62,261 bases of DNA, filler included, from Basidiobolus ranarum (GCA_040143965.1; 5 parts of 5 records of this genome joined end to end with filler, not necessarily neighbours in it); one strand, 5' to 3'. Shown: positions 40,458 through 53,027, numbered from the whole stretch's first letter. Program-made: numbers and translations. Notes: generated by a model not told the origin, from the sequence alone.

Positions 40458-41595
40458 CTATTCTTGCGTAGATGGCTGTGGCTGTCCTTGCCCAGCCGTT
40501 GCGTAGTTTGGTCCAGCGGGCGCACGCATTTGATAATGTTGAGATTGCTGCATCTGCTGCTGCAACTGTAGTTGGTACTGTTGGAGCTGCTCTTGGGTAA
40601 ACTATGAAAACCCCTCGTTAATCTTAAGTATCCAGTCACTCGGATGGTCATTGTCACTTACCTGTTGATAGTATGCTGGATCGATGACACGTTGGTCTAC
40701 GCCAAGGTTCTACAATATAATATTAAAATGTGATATCAACAGACTCGACAAAAAATCAAAGTTACCCCTGGATATTGAGAAAGTCCAGCAGCTTGATAAT
40801 AGGCAGCGTATGCATTTGGATCATAAATCTCTGACTAGTAATCATAAGTTGAGTAATTAGAAGAGCTCAGTTAACTATATGATTGAACGTTAACTTACCT
40901 CTTCCTTGGGTCTTTTTACCTTCGACATATCTTCACGAGGGACAATATCAATAAGGAAGTCAAATTGATCTGATTTAGTCACAGCACTCGCTACATCACT
41001 TCGCTGTAAGGTACGACGTTTATTCTCCTCAGCGTGCATCCAGGCACGCATAGTAATTTCAGTAATAAAAATTTCGCAAGCCTTAGAAAAGAGAATGGGC
41101 GCCTAAAAGGGGATATTAGCATGTTTCTCAATTAGGTATAAAGGGGTAAAAGATTACATACCTCTGCACTGATCATCTGTGTTACGTTTAAATATTGAGC
41201 GTTATGTTAGATAAACACGAATACAAGATCAAATAAACAGGGATATTTACCTTGACATCTTCGTCAGTCTTCATTACTTTTTTAATTCTTGCCAAAGGAA
41301 GTGGATGTAGCTTAAAATCAGAATCATAAGTTTCAGCAATAGATACTTGACTGGCCCAAAAATTTTGCAAAAACTGATCCTGTTGCGAAAGTTGTTGGCC
41401 TGAAGTTTGGCTTTGAGGTTGAGTGTGAACTGCGTGTTGGGCTGAAGTAGGTTGTTGGATTTGGGATTGAACTTGCGGATAGCCAGTGGCAGACACTTGT
41501 TCTAGTCCCGAATTCGCAACGGGAGTCATAGTTTGATAAGGCAACTGTGTGGCAGAAGAAGGTAAAGACATCGAATTCGGGGTCAAAGGATTCAT
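40458..41595 (-). CDS. HAP5: CCAAT-binding factor subunit NF-YC / Hap5, 6 exons
   Basis: [86 protein letters not shown]-rich termini; stop TAG 40458-60. Confidence 0.95.
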
Positions 41596-41740
41596 GGACG
41601 AGCTTATTGGGCAGCTTAGTGCATATAAAAATGAGTGAAGAGTAAGACTCGTGAAAAAATATCGAATCTCATCCACGCCCTACTACTCCCCGAAAAATAA
41701 TTTCCTTAAACAAGACCTAGCTTTTTTTTATTATTCAATA

Positions 41741-42105
41741 ACGCGTTTTAATTAATATCCTCCGACCCAGCAAATCTCCCAGTAAATTTAGATTTTTGTG
41801 TTTGTAGTTCTGAGACGCGCCCATTTCTTCCCTATTTTGGGTGGTAGCAACAGTCATCCCAGTTGTTTTAATTGAACGAATTTAGCCAATCAACTCTACT
41901 GTACACTTAAAATCGATAATTCTACTCTCTCCATCTATCTATTTGTCATATATTTTCTTGCAATTAATCGATTAATTATAACGCTCGACAATCAAGTTTC
42001 AGGGCTCAACACACAACTCGTTTAAGGGGTTTTGTCAAATGAAACTGGATGGAGTCCAGTTTTTGACAATCTCTGTTTAACTAACACAAGGGGCTGTGAA
42101 CGCGT
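41741..42105. promoter_or_regulatory. MCB-like ACGCGT boxes and a CCAAT box in the divergent HAP5/dUTPase promoter
   Basis: ACGCGT at 41741 and 42100, ACGCGC at ~41815, AGCCAATC at ~41884; consistent with G1/S control of dUTPase (inference). Confidence 0.4.
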
Positions 42106-42535
42106 TTGAATTGGTTTTCGTAAAGTTACATTCCGATATGGGAAGGAAAGATAAGAGCAAACTTGACAGATACGACATACTCGTGTATCTGGTCTACCCC
42201 TCCGAGAACCGTAATTCATTTCCTTCGAAAATGTAGGTTACGGGTACAGCAACAGATTTCATTGTCGTGACTTCGTATTAAAGCAGACAAACCGTGCAGC
42301 AGTTGAATTAGGTTAATCAACTATCTTGGTTCTCCAAATAAAAATTAAATTCTATTGGGGGAACGTGCCTGGTTGAAAATTAGCAAAACAACTGCTTGTG
42401 ATATAGAAAAACAACGGATTGTTTTGTTTTTATATCCAGGCAAGATTTCGTGTTTGAGCTATTATTGATAAATACCCCAGTGTGCTTCATACGTTGGTAG
42501 ATATAAGCTATTTGTCTTACTTTCTTACAGTAGAA

Positions 42536-43167
42536 ATGAGCCCCATCAATATTTCCACCAGTCCTTGTAATTCAGAGTCTGTCGAGCCCTCACCTGAGAT
42601 TCTAGTTACTGCTCAGGTCAACAGTCTTCTAGTCAAAAAGTTAAGCGATAAGGCCAGCCCTCCAGTAAGAAGCAGTGCTGGGGCAGCTGGTTACGACCTT
42701 TTTAGGTATTTAGCCATGTAACTATGAGAATTTTAAAATATCTTTCTCATTTTTCTTATAGTGCTGAAGAGGTCATCATTGAGCCTTGGTCTCGTGCTGT
42801 CGTTAAGACCGACATTAGTATTCACGTTCCGCATGGAACGTACGGCAGAGTAGCACCCAGAAGTGGCCTTGCTGTCAAGAATTTTATTGACGTAGGTGCG
42901 GGAGTTGTTGATGAAGATTACAGGGTAACCGAATGCTTTTCTTGATCCATTCCAATATTCCATTTGCTTATATGACTCGTAATACAGGGTAATCTTGGTA
43001 TAGTTCTATTTAATTTCCATAAGGACGAACCCTTTAAAATTGAGGTTGGTGATCGGATTGCACAGTTGATTTTAGAGAAGATCTCTGTGCCTGATATTGA
43101 AGTAGTGGACGAATTAGAGGACACTGTTCGCGGCGAAGGTGGCTTTGGCTCTACTGGGAAAAACTAG
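42536..43167 (+). CDS. DUT1: Trimeric dUTP diphosphatase, 3 exons
   Basis: [54 protein letters not shown]; two GT-AG introns. Confidence 0.96.
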
Positions 43168-44297
43168 CTTTATAAACCATGTATATTGTACAAGTATTCG
43201 ATTAACTTATTTACATTAAATAATTATTTTCAAAACATCCTCATCGAGGGCTCGAGTCCCTTATCTAAAATCCAAAAACATCCCTGTTGGCCATGGTTCG
43301 AGAATAGGAGTGTTTTTACTTCGATATTTTTGACTTGAGTAGCGTTTTCCTTAGTTTATCATATGTCATAGCGATCACTAGATCAAAGCCAATATCAAGT
43401 ACCCATGCTTTGTTCTAAAAAATGATATAGGCTTGTGATGTGCAAGTTGTGAGATTGCGACTCTACTATCGTATACCGGCAGCCGTAAAGTCAAGTCAGA
43501 TGAAGAAAGTAAACGGCCATTGTGGGTGGGTGGATAGCTTAGCGTTGGCATCCAACTTTAATCGCGGATTCCTCAAAGCACATCTTAGAAATCCAGAAGT
43601 TTGATTCTGTGGACAAATTAGCAAAGAATCTGCGGAGAACTACGCAAGAACTGTCTGTTTGCGTTGCTTTAGCCTTTCCTTAGTAAAGTAACATTCATGT
43701 TTGAACTGTAGACCATTCGTATCGATTGCTTTTCGATAATCAGAATTATCCAGCCTGAGTTCATTGGTGAGTACGTATCTTGGTAAATCCTCTCTATGGA
43801 AGCGATCAATCTATCAACTGATTGATAACAAGGACACATGAGCAACCCCAATCATGTGTGTATCAAGATGCTATGGTCAGACCTGTTACACATTCTGTTG
43901 AAGTGACTCAATTTTAGATTCCGGGAATATATTTTGAGTCTGAAGGACGAATTTAGCTTCGGTCTCAGGAAAGGTGGCTTTTGAACTGTATTTGTGAATA
44001 AGATTTACAGAGCTAAATGCGTTGGTCATGTGTCTATGGTATATGTCTATGCTATATATATTCTTTGTTGTATTCTGGTTATCTAAGAATTCGTCACCTA
44101 GACAGGCCGAGAGTTCTGAAACACATTCAAATTGGCAGTAAAATTCTCCCACGAATATCGATATTAATTTTTTTGTACCCCTTCACTCACTGAGGCTACG
44201 AAACCCAAAAAAAAGTGGGAATTGTCTTCGCTATATATCCTCCTTGACGCTGTCCGGCTTTTCCAAGAACAGTCCCTACTACACCCACTGCAAAATA

Positions 44298-45185
44298 ATG
44301 AGCCTTGTTTCAAACCTTAACATACCCTATGTTTCAAGAATCAGCAGCCCTCCTGGTCGCCCAATTCATCCAAAACATCGTTTAGATCTTTATGTACCAC
44401 AGGAGAGTGAATCAACTTCTCCCGACTTATTGGTATTCTTCCACGGAGGAGCTTGGCGTTCGAATGACAAACTTGAATTCAATGACTTTGCTCGCAACTT
44501 AGTGAAGATCGGTGGGGGCAAGTTTGCGGTTGCTGTTGTTAACTATCCTTTAACTACGACAGTCGAAAATCCTAGTGATCCCGCAGCTGCTGGTTGTGAG
44601 GTACCCCATTACGAACCAGAGACTTATATGTTCAAAACATTGGAAGATAGCGCCAAAGCCATTGCTTTTCTTGCCAATCATGGAGACGTTTATGGTTACA
44701 ATGAAAAGCGAATTATCCTCGTTGGGCATTCAGTAGGAGCGCAGTTGATTTCCATGCTCTTACTTGAGCCAAAGTATTTCACTGCAGTCATGGATAACAC
44801 TACTTACGTCGAAAATCCAAGTACCAAAGTTGTTGGTATCATTGGTATCGATGGGATCTACGATATTCCTAAACTGGTACTGGATTACCCTAACTATCAG
44901 AATTGGTTTGTTGCAGCTGCTTGTTCGCAAGATCATGAGAAGTGGAAGCGCTATTCTCCTCAATACCAAACGCCAAGTAATCTTCCACAAATACCGGTTT
45001 TGATAATCCATAGTCCGGAAGATGAACTAGTGAATGATAAACAGGCAATATCCTTCAAACAGAAGCTCCAAGAGCTTGGCTTGACAAATGTTAGCTTGGA
45101 GACGGATGTAAGTGGGAAACATGACGAAACTTTGGCCACGGTAGAGGTAGCTCAAAAGGTGATCAATTTCTGTGGCTCATTGTAG
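44298..45185 (+). CDS. Alpha/beta hydrolase, kynurenine formamidase (Bna7/AFMID)-like, intronless
   Basis: LDLYVP, FFHGGAWR oxyanion motif, GHSVG nucleophile, DGIYD, HSPEDELV, GKHD; first ATG at 44298. Confidence 0.85.
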   Translation: MSLVSNLNIPYVSRISSPPGRPIHPKHRLDLYVPQESESTSPDLLVFFHGGAWRSNDKLEFNDFARNLVKIGGGKFAVAVVNYPLTTTVENPSDPAAAGCEVPHYEPETYMFKTLEDSAKAIAFLANHGDVYGYNEKRIILVGHSVGAQLISMLLLEPKYFTAVMDNTTYVENPSTKVVGIIGIDGIYDIPKLVLDYPNYQNWFVAAACSQDHEKWKRYSPQYQTPSNLPQIPVLIIHSPEDELVNDKQAISFKQKLQELGLTNVSLETDVSGKHDETLATVEVAQKVINFCGSL

Positions 45186-45759
45186 TGTTAGTACTTGCTC
45201 ATATCCGAGCCAGATGCTTGATTTGTATTTGTCCATCATATAGTCTAATTTTGATATTCCTGGAGGGAGAATACTCAACAGATATTTCAAGTTGTTTATT
45301 CTTTTAATGTGTATTTGGAGTGGTAAATATGTGAAAAATCTATTCGTTTCATGAAATAAATGAATGCCATTGTTTAAACTGACAAGTGGATAATGGGGAC
45401 TTCCAACCAGACGCAACTTGCAGATTACAATGGTCTTAGTCAAACAAAGGAATGCCAACTCTTGATAATGAAAAGAGAAGTGCTAGGGAATATTTGGGTA
45501 AGACTAGTGTAAATAATATTCTCATCACACTATATGTGCTATAATATGCTCTTGCTATATAGAAGAGTATCACCTGTATAACGGTGTGAATATTCTTTAG
45601 TGGTGTTTTAAAACAATCATATACATGCGGTCGAGATCCTAGAACTGGGGTATTCCATAATTTAAACTTGAACTACTTTTCTGGATATATCTCTGAAATG
45701 ACGAGCAAAGGTAATACTATGAACCACTTCCAAAATTCCTTGAACTACTCTAACAAACT

Positions 45760-47081
45760 AGATTCATTTCCACCAAAAGAAAGACTATCTTTTCAGTTAT
45801 AAGTGAAAATCAATCACATCTGCCAATTATGTTACATACCAATTTATCCATTATGAACTTGACAAAAAATATGTAATACCTTTTATAATATTAGCAATGA
45901 GTATGTCAAGTTTGTCAGCATTACTACAAACAATATATTTAATATATACATTCATAACTAATTCATTTTTTGCATTCATATTATCAAAGTTTATTGTCTT
46001 TATTGTCCTTGTCATATTTATTTATACACTTAACAATTCCATATATCCCATCTAAGTAAGTCAACATTATTTAGTCAAGTATTACTTGGCTACATATTGG
46101 AATGTACATACGGTATGTATGCAAATTATCCAAGACCTAGTAGTGTTATACATGAACATTCATAGTTGTCCAAAGTAACCCCACAAAACTCGTTTTGTTT
46201 CCATAGATGTTTTAAACACAACCCCAGTGTTTTGCTTTGGATTTGTACCAAAAGTATGAATACTCTCTTTGTTGTTCAGTTCATTAATAAACATCTCTCA
46301 AACTCACAACTCCATCCATTAATGTATCCTCAATATTACTCTTCCCACTATATATATCTTAGTTGACAACATCTCTACATTCACTCCATTGTTCAACCTG
46401 ATATCTGTCACATGGCCTAATCAGAGGCCAATCTAAAACTTTTGCTATTGGGAAAGTGATTAAACTACTCTTGGTGATGTTAGAACTCATTGTATTAGTG
46501 AATCAGCATTGAGTTCAACATTATTTTGCACTATAATTATGGATTAATGAATACCACTCTAAATGCAAAACTGCATATGGTCACAATCTTGACATTATAG
46601 TTTTCATCATTAGCGTTACATGTTTATCAAGTTTTTTACTTTGCTAATAAAATCTCGCAAAATCAATCAAATATTGAAAAGGGTATGCCACAATATCAAA
46701 ATTGTGATGAAGTAAATATAGGAATACTGATAGCTATTGCATACTTTCTAGGTATAGAATAGATGACCTTTGTTAGCAATTCTATCACTTCAAAGTAACT
46801 CCTGAAGTAATCTTGTCCATAAGCATTGTCATATTTGAATTGGTGTGAAGATTAAAAAATGTTATGCTCAGAAGTAAAAACTGTAGGCAGTATATTTCAT
46901 ATCTCTTTTAGTAACAAAACATGCATCAAAGTGAGAGAATTTCCACAGAATACTTCTGGCAACTCCACAGCTTGTATACAATACAATGTAAAAGCATGAG
47001 TTTTCATTGAAATCTTTGAAGATAGGATCAAAGGTCAGCAAAGCCATCAATTATGAATCGCAAACCCAAGACCAGTCAAAC
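45760..47081 (-). mobile_element. Decayed retroelement pol remnant, probably Ty3/gypsy
   Basis: LTFDPIFKDFNENSCFYIVLYTSCGVARSIL resembles the gypsy RNase H start (PILxxFD..FxVxTDAS..GAVL); strongly CpG-depleted; abuts the solo LTR insertion. Confidence 0.45.
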
Positions 47082-47533
47082 TGTTGAAATTAACATCGCC
47101 TAAGCATCTATACAGGCATATATTGCATAGTGTTTGGTCATTTCATACTGAGCTAAGATATTACTCACTAAACTAATATGTATTTGGCAGCCTGAAGCTT
47201 TTGATATTACCATAGTTTAAGCATCTATATGTTGAGAGTAGCATATATATATATAGCTTGGTACTCAGTTGCTCCATATTGAACCAAGATATCACCTCAC
47301 AAGAAATTTACCCATAAGTTTGAAGATATACCGATTTTGAAGACTTGTTGTAGAAGCACCAAACTCTTCACACATGCTCCTGGGACCTTTCTTAGCACAT
47401 TCTATATGTTTCTCTGCTTACTTATTGAAAAACTATAAATGTCAACTTTCTACTCCATAAATCAATAACTGAAAACCATCAATTCTTCTACTTCTCCAAA
47501 TCACTTCCAACAAACTCCCAAAGCACTTCAACA
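47082..47533 (+). mobile_element. Solo copia LTR with an internally duplicated 5' segment
   Basis: TGTTGAA...TTCAACA termini; perfect 5-bp TSD CAAAC at 47077-81 and 47534-38; TAAGCATCTATA segment occurs twice. Confidence 0.9.
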
Positions 47534-48444
47534 CAAACCTCTATAAGTGCACTGGAATGCAATGATGATATTGCTGCTTCAAATGCATCCCAAATAGCTA
47601 GCCCAATAGCCATCTTCACCACTATGAAAGATATCATACCCAGCATATATAAGGAAATGACGTACATCAATTAGAAAGCCAGTGCTATGACAGATAGGGT
47701 TTTTCTTGTGATTGAAACAGTAGATCAAAGCACCAGACTATTTACATATCACAATCTCAGTTTTTTGAGGGCTCTTTTATATACAAATAATCAAGTTGCC
47801 TGTAACGCGCGTTTTACACATATCCAACTAATATTGAGAATTGTTGACTATTCCGACATGCCCAAAATTCCGAATTTCTCAGGCATACAAGTTAGAGAGT
47901 TGATATGATATTAACATATGAAATACTCAGAAAAAGCAGATTAAATATGCACTCGGGATAAATAACCAACTTGTGCCACTAGATACATGGACAACGATCC
48001 CTGTTAGTATCTACAGGGTTCACTGTTGATTTTGCAAAGAGAGTTAATCAGTAAGTCCATGTACAAAAGCTGCTCCTGAAAGAAATATTTGGAGAAGTAT
48101 CGTAATAGATCCAATCATATTACAAATTGATATAAAGAGGGCTTTCCGTGTAATATTGAGAATCTAGAGACAATATAGGTACTATCAACTTTGTAGCTAT
48201 TCACTCAAATGAGGCATGCATATTCCATCACTCTAGTAAATTGCAACAGAATCGTCTTTGGTGAGGTAGCTTTTGACAGTAGTTAGGTGGCAACGTAGTA
48301 CTAGAACTACTGAAGGTTGTTGTGAAATATGGCTCCGTTCTTCAACATCCGCTAGGTACTTGGGATTGTGAAGATTTAGCATGTTTGATTGAAGTATAAT
48401 GAGTACTTACACTGTCACTATGTGGCGCGAATACCAATCAACAG

Positions 48445-48588
48445 TCAAAGTACTCCACTACACTTAATGTAGCATGTCTTTGATACTCTGTGGTATTCAA
48501 TGTCCTCTGCATCATCTTCAATGCAACTGCATTTTTTACACCAATTGCTTTGCCCTTGAGTGTATCTGAAGTCGAATTTGCAACACCA
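48445..48588 (-). pseudogene. Cys-rich peptide-coding fragment without a start codon
   Basis: WCCKFDFRYTQGQSNWCKKCSCIEDDAEDIEYHRVSKTCYIKCSGVL*, 7 Cys in 47 codons, preceded by an in-frame stop. Confidence 0.3.
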
Positions 48589-49801
48589 TTAAGTATATAG
48601 GAAAGAATCTATACATAACTGGTTTGCTTATAACTTCTAAGCTTCTGAATCCCATTCGCTTATATACCCAATAATGAACTGTGTCGTTTTCTATATATTC
48701 ATGAATTTATGACCAATACTTCAGGATTCTTCTGGTACATCCTATATTAACTCGGTATTTGCTTTCCTGCAAATCAATAAATTGAAGTGTTCCAAACAGA
48801 ACACGTATGATTTTTTAAGATACTATTTAGCACGTTGCACAAATAATGTGCAATGAGTATCTTGTAAGCCCAATAACATTCATACGTACACAAAATGGAC
48901 ATTATAGTACAGTGCAAAGGGGAATGAATGGAAAAGACATGGTTGCTGCTTAGATATGAGATGAGAGATAATTGATAGTTTTCAAATGGTAGCTACAGCA
49001 AGTCGACCGATGAAATCAAGCTAACGATGGATTGCACTAGCCTTGAGTAATGATTCTATTCAAAGGATAAATAGGGCTGCTATTATTGATAGTGTTAGGT
49101 ACGCTACCAAGGATGCTATTGGCACAATGCAACATCGAATCATTGTGATTATTTCTTTCAAATTGACGTTGATTTCGATTGCCGTAAGCATTTCCGACTT
49201 TTTTGTACGTGGTTGGCTTGTTGCTCACACAACGGAGCCTCTGTGTTAAACTACAAGTGATAGATTTAGTGATCTTGTGTGCAAGTAACACACGGTAAAT
49301 CAATGTTTGGCAATCAAGATCCAATGGGGTAGACCAGCTATACTGAAAGAATCATGAAGAAACAACATTTCATAACCAGTATTAACTTGCATATGTAAGT
49401 TGATCAGACAAATCATTGGCGCTAATGGTAGCTACAATGGCCAAGGATCTCCATATCACGAAGAGTTCAACCAGTGGTGAAAGGAAATTGTAATTGGTAG
49501 GAGTCAGGTGCCAGTCGAAAGCACTGAACTCGGGCTAGAACGTACTCGTATTTGGTCTGCAATACCAAGGCGATCGAAGGTTGGGAAGCATTTGCTGTTG
49601 CTGTTGCTATATTTCCTAATGCCATTGGCTCAGTGCTGTTTCATTCCAATATCCAGCATCCAACAAACAAAGTGAGGTGACAAATGGATTCGTGACTTGA
49701 TCCCAGAGCTACTAGTAAATATCAGTGATGCATCAAGTCTCTCCACATCAAATGACTAGTTATGATGTAGCCAGTGTAAGCCTCTCGCAAATCTAGATAC
49801 A

Positions 49802-49901
49802 NNNNNNNNNNNNNNNNNNNNNNNNNNNNNNNNNNNNNNNNNNNNTTAATTAATTAANNNNNNNNNNNNNNNNNNNNNNNNNNNNNNNNNNNNNNNNNNN
49901 N
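49802..49901. other. Artificial 100-nt gap with six-frame-stop linker
   Basis: N-run with central TTAATTAATTAA. Confidence 0.97.
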
Positions 49902-50853
49902 TCTCCCAGTAGAGCTGGGGGTAAACACTAGGAAGTACGAAGCTGAGAAAGCCCGTGCAAAGGTAGGAAATTCAATTCCTGAAGCTCCTTTAGAGTATAA
50001 TGACCTGATTTTCTTTCTTCTCTCGGTTGATCTAGCGTGATTAGCAAGCTCACAACCAACAAATCTCTTCTTTCTATGGAGGAGATTGTGAATATTGCAG
50101 TAATACTTTTTAATAGGAAACAAACGAATGTGACTTTGACATAAAATCTACCCATAGCAATTGAAGACCCGTAACCTTAATGATCCAAAGTTTTACAAAA
50201 AAGAAAAGTAAATAAAAATTCGCTGCTATCTGCTAAAATTAAGCAATCTTATCCATTTCCCATATAAGAACTTTTATTTGCCTTGACACTTTCAAAACTT
50301 CCTCAAATAACCATAGGTATTTCTCTAGATTTGAAATAATTAGAAATGTGCTTTTCACTTGTTAATTTGTTTATCTAATAAAGAATGCTTGTACTTTTGG
50401 TAAAGCTGATATAATAGACAGGTTGATGGAGATTTTTAGAAGATGTATGTAACATTTGGAGCCTTTTCTATAGTTTCTATATCTTTAAAAGGACTACCTT
50501 CTACACACTGGGTTTCCACTTTTAGCTCAGAGTCTTGTACATTATATGATGGCTTAATAATGGGACACAGAGCTGTCTTAGGGGCTAGGATCATCTGTTA
50601 TGGGTATAATATTTATTTCTTTTTGTTTTGAATGTTACAAAGAAGTCAATATTGATTCTTGGAGTATATGTATATATAGATAGAGCACTTTCAGTTACTT
50701 AGTAAGTTGACAGAAATACATATAATTCTATAGGTGAGAGTTCTGCCATGATGCAGATAATGCTTACTACACTTTTTTTAAGTGATATTCTAAGAAGAAA
50801 GTCAAACTTGCTAGAAAGAAGCTTAGCTGAGTCCTCAATTAATACCTTAATTG

Positions 50854-51054
50854 TGCTAAAGTATTTTGGGAGCCTGTTGGAAGTGGTTACAAGAACAGGA
50901 GAAATTGGTGGATTTCACTATTTGATTTATTGAGTAGAAAGTTGACATTAATATCCAACTGAGAATAATGAGTTATTTCTCAGTAATATATGGAATAACT
51001 AAATATTGAGCTATATATGACTATATAGATGTTTAGGCTATGCATATTTCTACA
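50854..51054 (-). mobile_element. Internally deleted solo copia LTR (~200 bp)
   Basis: Both LTR ends present in reverse orientation; flanks AATTG / GATTG (TSD with one mismatch). Confidence 0.8.
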
Positions 51055-51102
51055 GATTGATGGATGCTCAAGTATCTTTCTAGCTATTAGATGTAAGGAT
51101 AT

Positions 51103-51156
51103 TGTTAAAGTTTTTGGGAGCCTGATATAGGTGTTTAGGCAAAGCTGATTTCAACA
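51103..51156 (-). mobile_element. 54-bp mini solo LTR (termini only)
   Basis: TGTTAAAGTTTTTGGGAGCCTG + ATATAGGTGTTTAGGCAAAGCTGATTTCAACA are the two LTR ends joined; perfect TSD GATAT on both sides. Confidence 0.85.
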
Positions 51157-51209
51157 GATATTAGCTGAAAGAGCTTTTCTTCTTTACAAGACTCTTTTGA
51201 CATGTAAGG

Positions 51210-51610
51210 TGTGGAAGTTAGCATTGCTTAAGCACCTATGTAGTCATATATAGCTTAGTACTTAGTTATATTATATTTCAATAAGATATCTCCAATTACT
51301 CTCAATTAGATTTTATTCAGAATAATTTTACCTACTTAGAAGTTCTCAGCTATAGAGATTTTTCAAACTTGTGCAAGAAGCCCCAGACTTTGCACACATG
51401 TTCCTGCAACCTTCTCAAGTACATTATACACTGTGACAAAACTATAAATGCCAACTTTCTACTTAATAAAACTGCCAACTTCTACTTGGTTTGTTAACAA
51501 TATGTCAAAACTATAAAAGTCAACTCTTAGCTCTAGAAGTCAATAAGTGAAAACCACCAACTTCTCTAATTCTCCAAACCACTTCCAACGGGCTCCCAAA
51601 TACTTCAACA
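51210..51610 (+). mobile_element. Copia LTR with a local internal duplication
   Basis: TGTGGAAGTTAGCATTGC...CCCAAATACTTCAACA; CAAAACTATAAA segment repeated; no matching TSD. Confidence 0.88.
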
Positions 51611-51708
51611 GCAACTGCCCTAGATCTTCTCCCGCTAATTCTTGCTTGGCATAGGTGCTGAATGATTCAAATTGTGCTTATTGAGGGGGAGGGTATATAT
51701 TTCCCACC

Positions 51709-52106
51709 ATGAGTTTACTGCCACTGATCCTAACTCTTTCTTTTAGTATTGAGGTGAGGATAGTCCTGCCAAGTGGGGGCTTTTGGATCTGCGTATGCTA
51801 CCTGCAGTGCTGAAAAATACTAGTTTCCCATAGACTTGACCTGTATCTGAGATCATTACCAATGAGTTTTCTCACATCAACTGGCACAATTTACATACTC
51901 ATAATCTGAGTATTACAGATTATGGGCACAGCTTACAAGCCAATATCCTAAGCAACACCAACTTGACTACGGTTCACAATAGTTTTGCCTACTGCTTGGG
52001 TCGATTCCACATTCATACACCATCTGAACACCATATGTTTGGTAAGTATTTTAATATGGAAGTTCATTTTGTTATGAACAACCCTAGGCATATGAAAAGA
52101 GCTTAA
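51709..52106 (+). pseudogene. Alpha-carbonic anhydrase pseudogene (N-terminal half)
   Basis: GEDSPAKWGLL..YATCSAEKY*FPIDL (QSPID motif lost), DYGHSLQAN, RFHIHTPSEHHMFGKYFNMEVHFV with the three Zn-ligand His; stops, frameshifts, C-terminal half missing. Confidence 0.85.
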
Positions 52107-52814
52107 CCACTCTACTTTGCATGGGAAATATACATTGGATTCAATGAGTTGACCTTTTATACTAAACGTTGTTCAATTAATTTCTTGATATTTCTGCAAT
52201 CTGCCTTAATTCTGCGGATCTTAAGTTCATGTTGAGGGTTGGAGCCCCGTCAATAGTGAATATCGATTAACAGGATTTCACCCAAATGGACCATATGATC
52301 AATAATTCCAGCCTTGATCGACTTTACATATATTTGTGATTATGATTATGATTAATTACTTCAAGAAGTAGGATGTCCTACCCAAACACCGGATATATAC
52401 ACATATGCGATACACCACTTAGTTTGGAATTGAGTCATCAGGTCCTACTATGAAAGCTTAATTGACGTTGCACTGAGTTGAATTGTACTTTACGTTACGT
52501 TTATTTATGTGTTACATCTCTCTTCAATTGTTTTTCGATGTTTCTGTAAGTGCATAGTTAGATTACAAGTGGCATCTAACGGAGGCGTTAGTGTTTTTTA
52601 TCAAAGCAATAAAGCACTGTTATTCATGGACCAAGATTGTTCTTTACTGTGAGAGTTGTAGTAGCTAGTACTTAGTGAACAATGGAGCCGGATATCATAT
52701 TTTCAAAAATCCTGATTGCCGAGGCAGAGCCTGGGCCGCTGACTAGGCAGGTAATTTTTTCAGCCTTCCTGCCAGGTTGAAGAATAACAATACCTCTTTA
52801 CAGTACCATGCTGG

Positions 52815-53027
52815 TTAACTCCATTCTTGAAATGAATCTATCCCTAAATATAGGCTACTCAAGTTGAAATGCGTATTCTCTAAAATTTCCTTAATAGCTA
52901 CTTTTACTTTTCTAACCTCCGGTGTAGTTAATTTCCAGTTTTTGTTTAATATTGATGCATCAGCGTTCAATATATCGTAATAGATTATACAGGTAACGGC
53001 TAAGTATATTATAAACCTTATCGTCAT
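52815..53027 (-). pseudogene. Possible small secreted protein or its remnant
   Basis: 70-aa ATG ORF with a hydrophobic N-terminus and upstream TATATA run; no family recognised. Confidence 0.25.

Noticed and set aside
43290..43310. GGTTCGA B-box/tRNA-like motif
   Set aside because: No cloverleaf or A-box around it; no tRNA or rRNA was found in the window.
49040..49760. Possible GPCR-like pseudogene (ISFKLTLISIAVSISDF...LLLYFLMP)
   Set aside because: Fragments are too short and broken to support a call without a profile search.
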